Positions 12,807-24,765 of a stretch of 64,000 nt of DNA are shown in pieces (positions within the stretch are counted from its first letter, which is position 1; each line of letters opens with the position of its first letter). Source of the stretch: Lingula anatina (Eukaryota; Animalia; Brachiopoda); contig CM120641.1 of assembly GCA_051362555.1 (NCBI GenBank), forward strand, positions 26,480,401-26,544,400. Direction: 5' to 3'. The position numbers and the translations under genes are program-made. The notes under the pieces are model-generated. The model made no database searches. It saw nothing but the letters and a program-made list of their open reading frames with translations, and was not told where the DNA came from.

Positions 12807-15800
12807 ATGGAGGTGGGAAAAGACGGCAAGATAAAGCTACCTAAGGTGGCGAAAGTAAGTTATTGATCACCCTTGTAGAAACTCCACAAAATGTAGAAAA
12901 ACCTTGCTTTATGTTCAGTTTGTGAAGCACGTTAGATCAGAATGGTCGTTTGAAAAATCGTATTCCATGCGTATCCCTCCCAATGACATGAATTGAATGT
13001 ATTTACAATTTGATTCTATTATGTTGTAAATAGAATATTTTAGAAAATTTTATCATCATGTAGATATCCATACAATCCAAAATATTGCTATTTTAACATT
13101 TCTGTATGCCCCCCCCCCCCCCCAATTTGTATTCTCATTCATAAATAAATAAATAAATAAAATAAAAATAAAACACGCATCATAATAATATTGATACCAT
13201 GGGCTGACACTCTGACTCTGCTTTAGAATGTTAAATATTTGTTTCAACATTATATTTAGGTTGATGCTGTTTCTTGTAAGGAATTTTAATTTTTCTGTGC
13301 ATGAAGGCTTTATTTTTCAAAATTTGTCTCATATATATATCATTTGTCTCACATTTACATGTTATAGGATGGTTACAAAAATATACATTTTTACACTGTT
13401 ATCATGATTGATTTTTCTCTGTTTTAGGTCAAAAATAAGATGCCAGCCCCTGTTCAAATAACAGCAGAACAGTTGCTGAGAGAGGCCAAAGAAAGAGAAC
13501 TGGAACTAGGAGCACCTGTAAGGGACCTACTTTCATTTCTTTCAACATGCCTTTGTTTGTTAGTGTGTTAGTTGTCTGTCAGTTGGCAACATTGTGCAAA
13601 AATTTTAGATGGATTTTGATGAAATCTTCAGGATAGGTTAGAAATGGTCAAAGAACAAATGATTACATTGTGATCTTGATCATCAATTGATTAATGGTTA
13701 ACTATTAGTTAATTATTCGTCTTGACAGAGATCTGCAAGTTCTTTTCTAGTCTTAATACTGATATAATATGCAAAATGAGCATGATATAGTGTGCTAAAG
13801 GGTTAAATCTTGGTTGCAGTTATATTTTAATAAAGTTTAAAACAAACACACCTTATAACAGTATGCATTGGTTAATTTTCTTGTAGCCACCAAAGCAAAA
13901 GATATCAGATGAAGAAGAATTAAAGGCATACAGACTCAGGAAAAGGAAGGTGAGATTTATTTATTTGCTATATATAGTAATTTGATATCGAATCTTCATT
14001 TGCACTGTAGTAATTGCTCAAATAAAATATTTACCTCTAAAAAGCATGTGGATTGTTTCATCACAAATGTGCCTTTGCCCTTGTTCTGTTAATTCTCAAC
14101 ATATATTTCAATGATTTCAATAATTTCAAAGGCATTTGAAGATAACATAAGGAAAAATAGAACAGTGATGATCAACTGGATTAAGTATGCAGGATGGGAA
14201 GAAAGTCAAAAAGAAATACAGAGGTAAGAACCGCACTCCTGTAATATAAAAAAATAAAATCAACAAAAAGACATGCATCTTTGTGTTTTAAGTAATATCT
14301 TTGTAATAAATCTTGATATGTGAGGTTTGATAGTGTATTTGAAAAGGTGTGAATATTAAGTAGATATTGGAGTACATTTTACTAATAAGTACCTAAAAGC
14401 ACAAATAATTGCAGGATAGAAATTGGGGTGTTTCCTTCTTTCAAAATTTACTAGTTTTTTGTAATGTTTTATAATCTGTATAGGGCAAGGTCAGTGTATG
14501 AGAGAGCTCTGGACGTGGACCACAGAAATATTACACTATGGCTCAAATATGCTGAAATGGAAATGAGGTAATTTGGTTTTATTTCATCTTTTTACTTTTT
14601 GTCCATTTTTACCTACATATTAATATCTATGAGTAGAGGGTTTTTACATGAACATTTTGATAGGATAGAAGCTCCCTCTATGAATTCTACAACTTTATGC
14701 AAAGCATTTTCTACCCAACAAAATCTCCTTAAGTCATGCAAGTTTTTGTGCAAGAGTTTTGGTTTTTCTTAGTTTCCTAAGAAATACAGCGTTAGAGCAC
14801 AAACACCATAAAAAAGCAATGAGCATAAGGTATAAGCATAAGTATTTATAAATGGAATTGGGCTTAAAAAGACAATTTGCTATTTTTTCATGATCTTCCT
14901 ATTCTAGGAATTGTCAGCTGAACATACAAGCTAATTTTCATTATTCACAATCATCCTTTTTTAGGAATCGTCAAGTCAACCATGCTAGAAATATCTGGGA
15001 CAGGGCAATAACCATCCTCCCTAGAGCCAACCAGTTTTGGTACAAGTACACTTACATGGAGGAAATGTTGGGCAATATTGCAGGTGAGAGAATGCACTAT
15101 CACCACATAATAATTTCTTTTTATTGTAACAGATGCCAATCTTTTTCTTAATTTCTTTTTAAAATGATTTTTAAATAGGAAGAGATACATGTGGAAACAA
15201 CAATTCAAAGATTTAAAAATTCCTGCAAATTTACAAAGTGTAAAATATAATGATTGAAATAATTCATTCTGCTTGTATAAGTTCTTTAGAATGACTTACA
15301 GATTTCTTTGAACACTCCTAGGTTAGATCTACTGTAAGATTTATTGGATGAATTAATATATTTACATTTTCCACCAATGCAGGAAGCCGTCAGGTGTTTG
15401 AGCGTTGGATGGAATGGCAACCGGAAGAGCAAGCCTGGCACTCTTATATTAACTTTGAACTACGTTATAAAGAGCTAGACAGGGCCAGGAACATATATGA
15501 ACGATATATCCTTTGTAGTGACTGTATCAATGTTATAACACATTTATTTGTTTATTAAAAGATGTTAATTTTTATTTGATTTAATTACATATTCAGTGAA
15601 TAGAAATTCTTACATTTATAATGTAGCATTTGATTTCATTTCTGGTGGCAAGCTTCTGGCTTCATTTGAGGAGAAACAGTGTTTTAGATAGTTCCCTTTG
15701 TTAGGCACGTTTTTATAGCTGCAAAATGCTTTTTCATTTAAATTTTTCACAATTTTAAAGCAATTTACTTAACTGTTCTCACTTGTTCTGGTGCATCCAG

Positions 15801-18800
15801 AGGTTAAGAATTGGATCAAGTATGCCAAGTTTGAGGAGAAGAACAGCTACATCAGCAGTGCAAGAAATGTCTATGAAAGAGCTGTGGAATTCTTTGGGGA
15901 GGAAAACATGAATGAAGTCCTCATTATTGCATTTGCCAAATTTGAAGAGAACCAAAAAGAGGTAGTATTATTGAGTCTCACTACACATGCCTTGGTGCTA
16001 TTCTCATAAAATTTGACATTCAGAAGCATAGTTTTCAAGTAAAATATAATATTTTTGTTTTTGTGAAGGAAAATATTGGTTGAAGTTCAGAAAAATTATG
16101 GTGCATCTTTGTTTTGTTATAGATTCTGAAAATGCTCTTTGTCAACAAAATGACAAAATAGATTTAGACATTTCATAGCTATGTTGTAATTGTCAAACAA
16201 ACATGAGTCATTCACATTTTGTTGATCACATACATGCATACTCAATGTAATGAATGAAAATAGCATTGAAAAGTATCAAAATCATTTAATGATCTTTGCA
16301 GCATGAGCGTGCCCGTGTGATCTACAAGTATGCATTGGACCATCTTCCAAAAGACAAATGTCAGGAGATCTACAAGCAGTACACAGTCCATGAGAAGAAG
16401 TTTGGAGACAGAGCTGCTATAGAAGATGTCATTGTTAGCAAGAGAAGGTTTCAATATGAAGAGGTATTATTTGACTGTGTTACTTTGTCTACATTACAAA
16501 AAGGACTGCAATTTAGATATTATTTTGTGTCAGATATTCCCATAATTAGTTAATGTAAAGAACCAGATAAAAGAAATTGTTTTGTATTTTTCTCACTTGG
16601 TCAATGCACTATTCGAATTGCAGTGCTGATATTAAATATTAGAACATAATTATTTTGTAACTGTTCCTTTTCATAGCAAGTGAAATCAAATCCACACAAC
16701 TATGATGCCTGGTTTGACTACTTACGTCTGTTGGAAAATGAGGGAAATGTGGACCAGACCAGGGACTTGTATGAAAGAGCCATTGCTAATGTGCCACCTT
16801 CTCAAGTAAGAACACAAAACTGAGATGTTAGAAAATTTCGTTCCACTTTTGTTAAATTAAATTTTCTATAAAAAATATCCATTGGTGCATTTGCTTTTTG
16901 TTTTTTCTAATGTTCCAGTAGCTAGATTTTCCTTGTTGAAATGTGTTCATAATTGAATAAAACTTGGTTTAATATTTTGTTTTAGGAAAAGCGCCATTGG
17001 AGGAGATACATATACCTGTGGATAAACTATGCACTGTTTGAAGAACTTGAAGCTCATGATACAGACAGAACAAGACAGGTCTACCAAGCCTGCATAGAAA
17101 TAATTCCTCACAAGAAGTTTACCTTTGCTAAAATTTGGTTACTCTATGCTCATTTTGAAATCAGACAAAAGAATCTCCAAATGGCGAGGAAAATTTTGGT
17201 GAGTGATAAAACAATAAAAGTCTAAAAATTGATACCATATAAATTAATAATTTTCATTTAAAGATGCTTACCTGTTTACATAAATATGTGCATAAGAGAT
17301 GCTATTTCTTGTATTAAGTAACAGTTCTGTCATTCTTGTTGATGCTTTCTCTCTTTTCCATAGTTTGCAGTTAAGATTTGATTTCGAAAGTACCCATGCC
17401 ATTTATGTAATCGTATCATCTGTATACAGGGGGCCTCCATTGGCAAGTGCCCTAAAGACAAGCTGTTCCGCAGCTACATAGACATGGAGATCCAGCTTCG
17501 AGAATTTGACAGGTGCAGGATTTTGTATGAAAAGTTTCTGGAGTTCAACCCAGAGAATTGCACAACTTGGATGAAAGTTAGTATAAATGTTACATATTTA
17601 AAGTTTTGTTATTTTATTTTTATTTATTAGTGTATGAAAAGTCCAACACTAGCATCATAAGATAATGTGCAAAATTTTTGATATTTCAAAGTTGACATTC
17701 AGATTTTCAATATTAACTGATCACTGCTTCTACCTTTCCCTCTTTCTTTTTCTCTCATTTTTGAATCTTTGAAACACTAAAAAGAACTTTCCTGTCTAAT
17801 AAAATACCATCTAAGGTATCTCTTATTATTCAGTGTTGAGTAATAACTACATATTATTAATTGATCCATTTCAGTATGCAGAATTGGAGACAATTCTTGG
17901 GGATGTAGAACGCACAAGGGCAATTTATGAGCTAGCCATTGGTCAGCCAAAGTTGGACATGCCAGAGGTCCTGTGGAAGTCCTATATTGACTTTGAAATA
18001 GAACAAGAGGAGTATGATAGAACCAGGAAACTATACAGGAGACTTCTAGAGAGGACACAACATGTTAAGGTAATAGTTTTTGTGAAGTTTTGAAAAGAAT
18101 GCAGAATGGTAAAAGTTACACACCACAAAAATTAGTATTACTATATACTGTGTTTTATCAAATAAATTAGCTTTGAAAGGAATGTTGTAATAAGTACGAT
18201 GTGCAACGTAAATATAGCTGTTTTTTTTCCAGAAATTTATTTTAGTGGCATATCATAGATTTTGATGACAAATAGTATTCCATTTCTTAAATTTCATTTT
18301 GTATGGAATTTTCAGTTCAAAAGAATATATTCAAATGGTGGATGTACATATTTAAATTATATTGCGGTATTGACTATTCATGTGGGGGTGGGGGGTATGT
18401 AAAGAGGTCACATTGGTGCAAAAAATGTTCCCTTATTCAGTTAATGTTATAGAGCAATGCTGAGTAGAATTATACATTAGGCCTAAGCCTATACAAAAGC
18501 AAACTAAACTTGTGTAGCTCACAGCTACACATCAGCTAATCCCTTACTGCCAAATCTTTGAAAGAAATTTGGTGAAAAAATCTGTTAACTGTGTAAAGGT
18601 AATGTTGCAGTTTGCTGCTTGACTTTTGGTTCACCTATAAATGTTGCCAGATGTGAAAATGGATAAGATTTGCATTCATGGTCTACTGGGCTCGCGCTGT
18701 GCCACTTATACTTGCTACGGTTCCTGAACAGAGGCTTCTTACCATCTGCTAGTAGATCCCATTATAGTGCAGAAAAGATTAGATTAACCCCCAGTTGCAT

Positions 18801-21800
18801 CTTCCTCTCTTTGGAGCACGTTTCCTTGAAAATATTGCGAGTTGTTGTCAAGAAATCTTTAGGTGGTTGATTAAGATAGGAGATTGAATTAACAGATTAG
18901 TGGGTTTTTCTGATCATATTTTTTAACTGAGACATCTAATATACAAGAATTTTTGGACAGATTTCCTATGGTTTTCATGATATTTCAGTGGATATAATTT
19001 ACGAGCCATTTTTCTTGTAGAATGCCTATACGTTAAAAATTATGGTCAGCAAGTCAGATTTTGCATAATTTGAAGAGGTAGAAAAAAGCTTGTGTGTATT
19101 TCAATCATTATTTATTCATTCATTCATTCATTCATTTATTTTTGTAAGCACAAGAGATTTTTTTAAATTTCAATCACTGTAGGTGTGGGCGAGCTTTGCC
19201 CAGTTTGAGCTGTGTATAGATGACCCGGACGCCAAGGAGAGGGCGCGGGATGTGTACAGAGATGGACACAAAGCCATGAAGAAGGCAGAGGAGAAAGAAG
19301 AGAGACTGATGTTGTTGGAAGCATGGAGAGAGTATGAGGTATGATAATTTATTGTGTATAACAGTCACAAGTAATTGACAAAAGCTGTAAATGCATGCAA
19401 GTTTAGGACACCTTCTTAGTGAAAAAACAAACAAAAATGCAGACAAGGATCATCGCAATTCAATCTCTGAAATATGATATAATCTATACCAAGGTATTGT
19501 GCCCAATTGCCTGATAAAGGTTATCCTTCATATACATGATGGTGGGTGTGAACACACACAAACGCACATGTATGCTTGTATGCATGCACACAAATGCACA
19601 TGCACTCATACACACATGCAAACACACACATTTAGATTATATTCTTAAAAGTAATTTTAATACTCTGTACATTTTCACAATCATCTATCAACAGAAACAA
19701 ATTGTTGGTTAACTTTTGGCCTAAAAAAAAAGGTCTCACGTGTTGAATTTACCTTTGGACCCTTTATCTTCAGCATGAGCATGGAACAGAAGAGTCACTA
19801 GCAGAGGTGGAGAAACAGATGCCAAAGAAGGTGAAGAAGAGGAAGAAGGTGCAGACAGAAGATGGGGTATGTATAAAGAGGCTGCACATTTCCAGGCCTT
19901 GTTGTCAGTTTTGAGGGTGTTCGTGTGGTGTGTGTGTGCGCATGTGCAGTCATGCATTTATGTGAGTAGGAGGCTAATTATATTTACAATGATAGTTGAT
20001 TTTTTAAATATAAATTTAAGCAGTAAAATTGTGCAATTTCTGTTCAATCCCATGATTTCCTTTTTCATCTCATGAAATAATTTTCCCTACCTGATCACTG
20101 ATTTAGCAAAACAATAGTTGACCCTTTTCAACATTATGTACTTAAATGCACTTATTTCTTGGTGGTCCCTTTCTAGCTTATTTGTTATTATTTTGAATAT
20201 GATGCTGGGACCCGGTGTGAAGATTGCCAAGGATACAAGACCAAATTGATTAAATGCTACAAGACATTTATATGACTAGGCATTTATGTAATTTCCAATC
20301 TATTCAAAATGGTGAATTAGTAATTAGTTATCATAGCTTAGAGTTTGGTCATTGAGGTGAGAGAGGGTCCCTTTAGTTTATTCTACTCTTTGACAAAGGC
20401 AGTGATATTAGTATTGGAGCCTTAATTGGATAATTTTTTAAAAAGTGTAACATTAGAATAACTCTTTATCTTCATGCTTTGTTAAGCCATAAAGTACTCT
20501 TCTGAATACCAAAGGTCATCATAAGATCAGTTGGGTGTTCTGACTTTTTTACACATTACAGTGTCTGTTTAGATTATTATAAGTATTGCAAAAACTAGAT
20601 AAATATTATTCAGAAGAGATCCACATTCGGTTATTGACTAACTATTAAAATAATCTTACTTGTTTAACAGAAGATACGTTACGAAGAAGGTATACATAGC
20701 TGTTAATCTTCAGTTTCCCATTTTGGTATAATGGAACTTTGGCATGATATCAACAACACAGAATGCTAACAAATTATTAGACGAGATGAAAAGATAGGTT
20801 TGTTAAAATCCTTGCAGGTATCACAGCTTAATTGATTGGCATATGCGGTGAACACTGATAAAGTGCCTGTTGTAGATGGCAGTTCACCATAGAAATACGA
20901 GAGCAATTGTGTTAATGCTAGGCCAACATGCAATTCTCATATTATGGTCATGTTCTGTTGCATAAGGCTGCATTTGAGAAACATGGCTTTGCATATTGCA
21001 AAGTGGTTAGGATGAAGTGTTGTTTTGCAAATTGACTAATTCTCTTCTCCTGTAATGTCACAATTAAATTAACGCAATGCCAAATAGTTTGGGCCAAAGC
21101 AGTGTATTTTCTTGAGAATTGAATTAGTTTTTTTTTTTTAAATGTGAATGCTATATGCATAATGACAGTTTTTGGCATTGAAAACATTTAGGATGTAACT
21201 GTCAAAAATGTATGCTTAATTATTGTATGCTTAAATGGGCAACAAATTTAATTTGAAAAATGAGGATATTGAAATGAGCTCTGGAGTGACTTTCAGCGAC
21301 TCAGACTTTGTCCTTGCATTGTTAGCTGTGACACAATGTCACTGCACAGTATTTGTTCTTAATAGATGAAGGAAATTGTACATGGGCTCAGCATGGTGGT
21401 ATTTTAATAGATTATTTTGTGATTGTGTAGAACTTCAATTAATCATGCGCTGCAGTCGTTAGTGCGGTTATTGCGTCTGGTAGCCGCTAATGGAACTGTA
21501 CACATTCGGCCTTAATGTTTAAATCCCAGCTTTTAAAGCATGATCCCTGTTAAAACACTAACATTGCATTTAGGATTGGCATATTAATGTCCTAACATTT
21601 TTATGTAATTGATAGTGGCAGGTAGTAAAGAAGTTTTTTTAATATTTCGTAGAAACCATATTGCTGTTGTGTTTTTGTTGTTGCCCTTGCTCCAACCAGA
21701 AAAAAAATGGTGGCATTAAGACACTAATCCATGGGAATTGTACTTAGTTTACACAGGAACTTACTATATTATTGAATGTACATAATTCTATTATCCAAAG

Positions 21801-24765
21801 ATATATTTTTGCTCTTTTGGAAGTAGAGATGTCTGTGTGACCTGGTAAAGTCATCATGTGAACAGGAATTCTTTCATTCCCAGACTTTTAATGTCCCTTT
21901 TAGAAAATAAAAAAGGCACTTGTCTGGAAATTTGGTACAGTGGTTGCACCAAATGTCTTCATCCTCCGCCCCATGCAGGGAGCTAAGGTCAGGGATCTAC
22001 AGAAAAAATGGAATTCAGAGATTAATTACTCCCTTGCCAACCCCCATTATTTCAGTTTCCAGAGGAAGATGGCAGGTCTAAACCTGACTGGCAGTTGTGT
22101 TACCGAGTGTCATGCTACCGTTGTCTGCCAACGCCAGAACAATTGAAAAACGTGGACAGAAATATGAAAGTGGTTATCTCTCAATTATTGTTTGACTTTT
22201 GGATGCCTTGAAAATAGCCCGTGCAACTGTAGCATCCGATTTGCCGAGTGTGGTGTTTATTATGACTGTCAGGCTCTCATTGGGTGGTACATGTTGTCTA
22301 ACAATGGGATGCCAGTTTTTCCTCTGATGGTCTTGATTCACGAGGATAATTTCTAGCAGCACGGAACTCCATGTAACTTTCAGTATGACTAATAGAGTAG
22401 AACAGCTTGGTAAAACACCCTCAAAATTGATCCAAGAGCCACTTGAGTGACTGCTGAGAATACTCATCCCTTTCTTTCCTGTAATTGAATTCTCTGTTAC
22501 ATAAGAACATGAACTCCATGGCAAACCACATGCCAAATCTTGAGCCACTTTGTTAACATACAGGAAAAATGCTGCTACACGGGGGGAAAGAATAATCAGT
22601 TGTCATTTTTAACACAGTGTACACTTGTCTTGTTCGTAGATTTTTTTTTTTTTTTTTTTTTAGTCTTGGGAAAAAAAAAAACTAAAATCAATTGAATTGA
22701 CAAAATTCATTTTCACTATGAGATATCCTTTTATATTGAAGCATGTCCTGATTTTCAGCAGTAAGCTTCTGAAATTAACTTTTTGGAATTCATTATTTTT
22801 GAAGGACAGCACTCAAATTTCACTTTTCTTTTTAGACAGCCTGGGGTTTATCTGAAAGGTGTGTTACATCCTTCTTAAAGAAAGAATTTTTAGCTTAACC
22901 AATTTAACAGATGAAATTTTTGGAATATATATGATTGTTTCATGTGTATCTCTTGCTTGTTATTTTCAAGTATTAATGGACAGATTTTACTGTAACTGAT
23001 CTTTTTGTCAGGTAAAAAGGATGCTATATTTCTGGAAGTCGTGGTTTGGGAAATGTTACTATCACCAATTAATTGTATTTAAATACATGATAAACTGTAG
23101 AGACATAAATAAAAATAGTACATAGTAAACAGATTTTTAAAATTTAAGGTTAAATTAGCATGAAAAATATTTTAAAAATAATTTTAAACATTTTGAAGGA
23201 TTACATAGAAATATATCAGCTTTGTAACTTAATGTCATAAAACAGCAGTTTTTGTTATAAATATGTCTTATGCCTATATAAAGTGACCTGTACAGTAATT
23301 AAGCTTTAATTGAAAGGAAAAGCCTCATTTTTTTAATACTGTCAGTCAAAAAGGTGTTTAAGAAGCTCTTTTCAACAAATCATTTTTTAATTCTCTGGCT
23401 GAAACTTTCACTCCAAATGATTTAAAGTCAATAGTTCATCTGGTCAAACTCCACGTCCAATTTGAGATACTTGGCTTCTTCCTCTGACATGTTTTTGCAG
23501 AGATAAACACGGTTGGATTATTGATTTCTCCTTTCCTGTTGTGTTTCTTTGGTGAAATATTGCTGGCTTCCATGCTGTTGATGGTAGAATGTAAAGATCA
23601 ACACAGTGGGGTGGGCCATTGCTGTTCAACCTATTGCAACTGTGAACTCCCAATCAATTGTTTTCTCTTAATCTATCTTATTATCGATATTGATCCTGCC
23701 GAAAGGGCGAGAAGGGTCATCCGTCAGTCTTGGTGTGGTTCAGCTACTGTTTAGAAAATGCTGCCAACAGATTCTACCACCGTTGCTTTCAGATATAATT
23801 ATAAATACAGCTTGTTTCTCAGTTAACTTTTTTTACAGGGAAATATTGAGAGCGAAGCCCAGCTTCTGGTCTATGCATGTGTGTCCCATCTGTTTGCTGG
23901 TTAAAAAAAGTAGTTGGGCGAAACTGAAGGGGAATTGGAATGAATTAAGTGAATGGCTAAAATCCAAGGTTGCTGATACATGGCAAATATCTCTTTAAGT
24001 TGATGGGTCTTTTTTCTCTCTTTTTCTGACATTTTCTCAAAGGTTGAACTAAAATAAAGCGGTGTGACATACCTTTTTGCATTGTTTTGCTGATAAATGT
24101 ACCAGATTTTTATCTGAAAGATGAACTGATGTTATTGTTACAAATATAAGGTAGAATTATTCAAGTTGTTATAACCTTGAGACACCTAATGGGATTGTAC
24201 ATAAGATTTTCTTATATGTACTCTTTAAAAAAAAAGTTTATTGTGTTTGTGTATGTGTGGGTGCATGTGCAAACTGTACACTGTATTCTAAATTATTGTT
24301 TTCATTGGATTGCCTTTTGGTTTCAGTTGTTTCAATTAACATTTTACTGTAGAAGATCCATTATATTCTATAATGAGTGTACTGAGTATTATTATTATTT
24401 CTAAGTGTACCTTAAAATGATTATATAAAGAATGTAAAATGGAAAGGGGTTGCCTAAAACTTAATGAAGAATTCTTGAAATTTAGTTTATTCATAGATGA
24501 AAAAAAAATTATCATATTTTGCAACTGAATTCAAATTAAAAAATATATCCATGTACATTTACATGATTTACATGTCTTCTTTTTATTCTTTTAGTCTGAT
24601 GCAGGATGGGAGGAGTACTTTGACTACATCTTCCCAGATGATGAGGCTGCCCAACCAAACCTCAAACTGCTGGCTATGGCCAAGATGTGGAAACAGAAGC
24701 AGTTAGAACAGGATAGTACCACGGAGGAGGAGGAGGCCACCCCTGGTCCTTCAACTGATAGCTGA
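12807..24765 (+). CDS. CRNKL1: Crooked neck-like protein 1 (HAT-repeat spliceosomal NTC protein), complete, 16 coding exons
   Basis: Exons 12807-12854, 13428-13517, 13887-13949, 14132-14223, 14484-14567, 14965-15083, 15383-15505, 15783-15961, 16302-16463, 16677-16805, 16986-17198, 17430-17576, 17875-18069, 19183-19338, 19774-19866, 24595-24765. Peptides include [53 protein letters not shown] and [33 protein letters not shown]. Confidence 0.96.
15506..15782 (+). other. U12-type AT-AC intron in CRNKL1
   Basis: Donor ATATCCTTT, branch site TTTACTTAAC (15764-15773), AC acceptor (15781-15782). Splicing restores ...[15 protein letters not shown]. Confidence 0.95.
20841..20944 (+). ncRNA. Candidate box H/ACA-like two-hairpin RNA in the last CRNKL1 intron
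   Basis: Hairpin GGTGAAC/GTTCACC (20847-20853/20882-20888), ANANNA-type ATAGAA (20889-20894), second hairpin 20899-20938, then ATA+3 nt. Found by eye; no target identified. Confidence 0.2.

Noticed and set aside
18780-19500. Intact self-splicing group I intron or telomerase RNA in CRNKL1 introns
   Set aside because: The P7 G-binding pair and P3 are not convincing, the S-like 8-mers are common in AT-rich DNA, and no CTAACCCT-type template was seen.
22174-22548. 124-aa minus ORF as a nested gene in the CRNKL1 intron
   Set aside because: No ATG start, no recognisable domain and no flanking splice signals.
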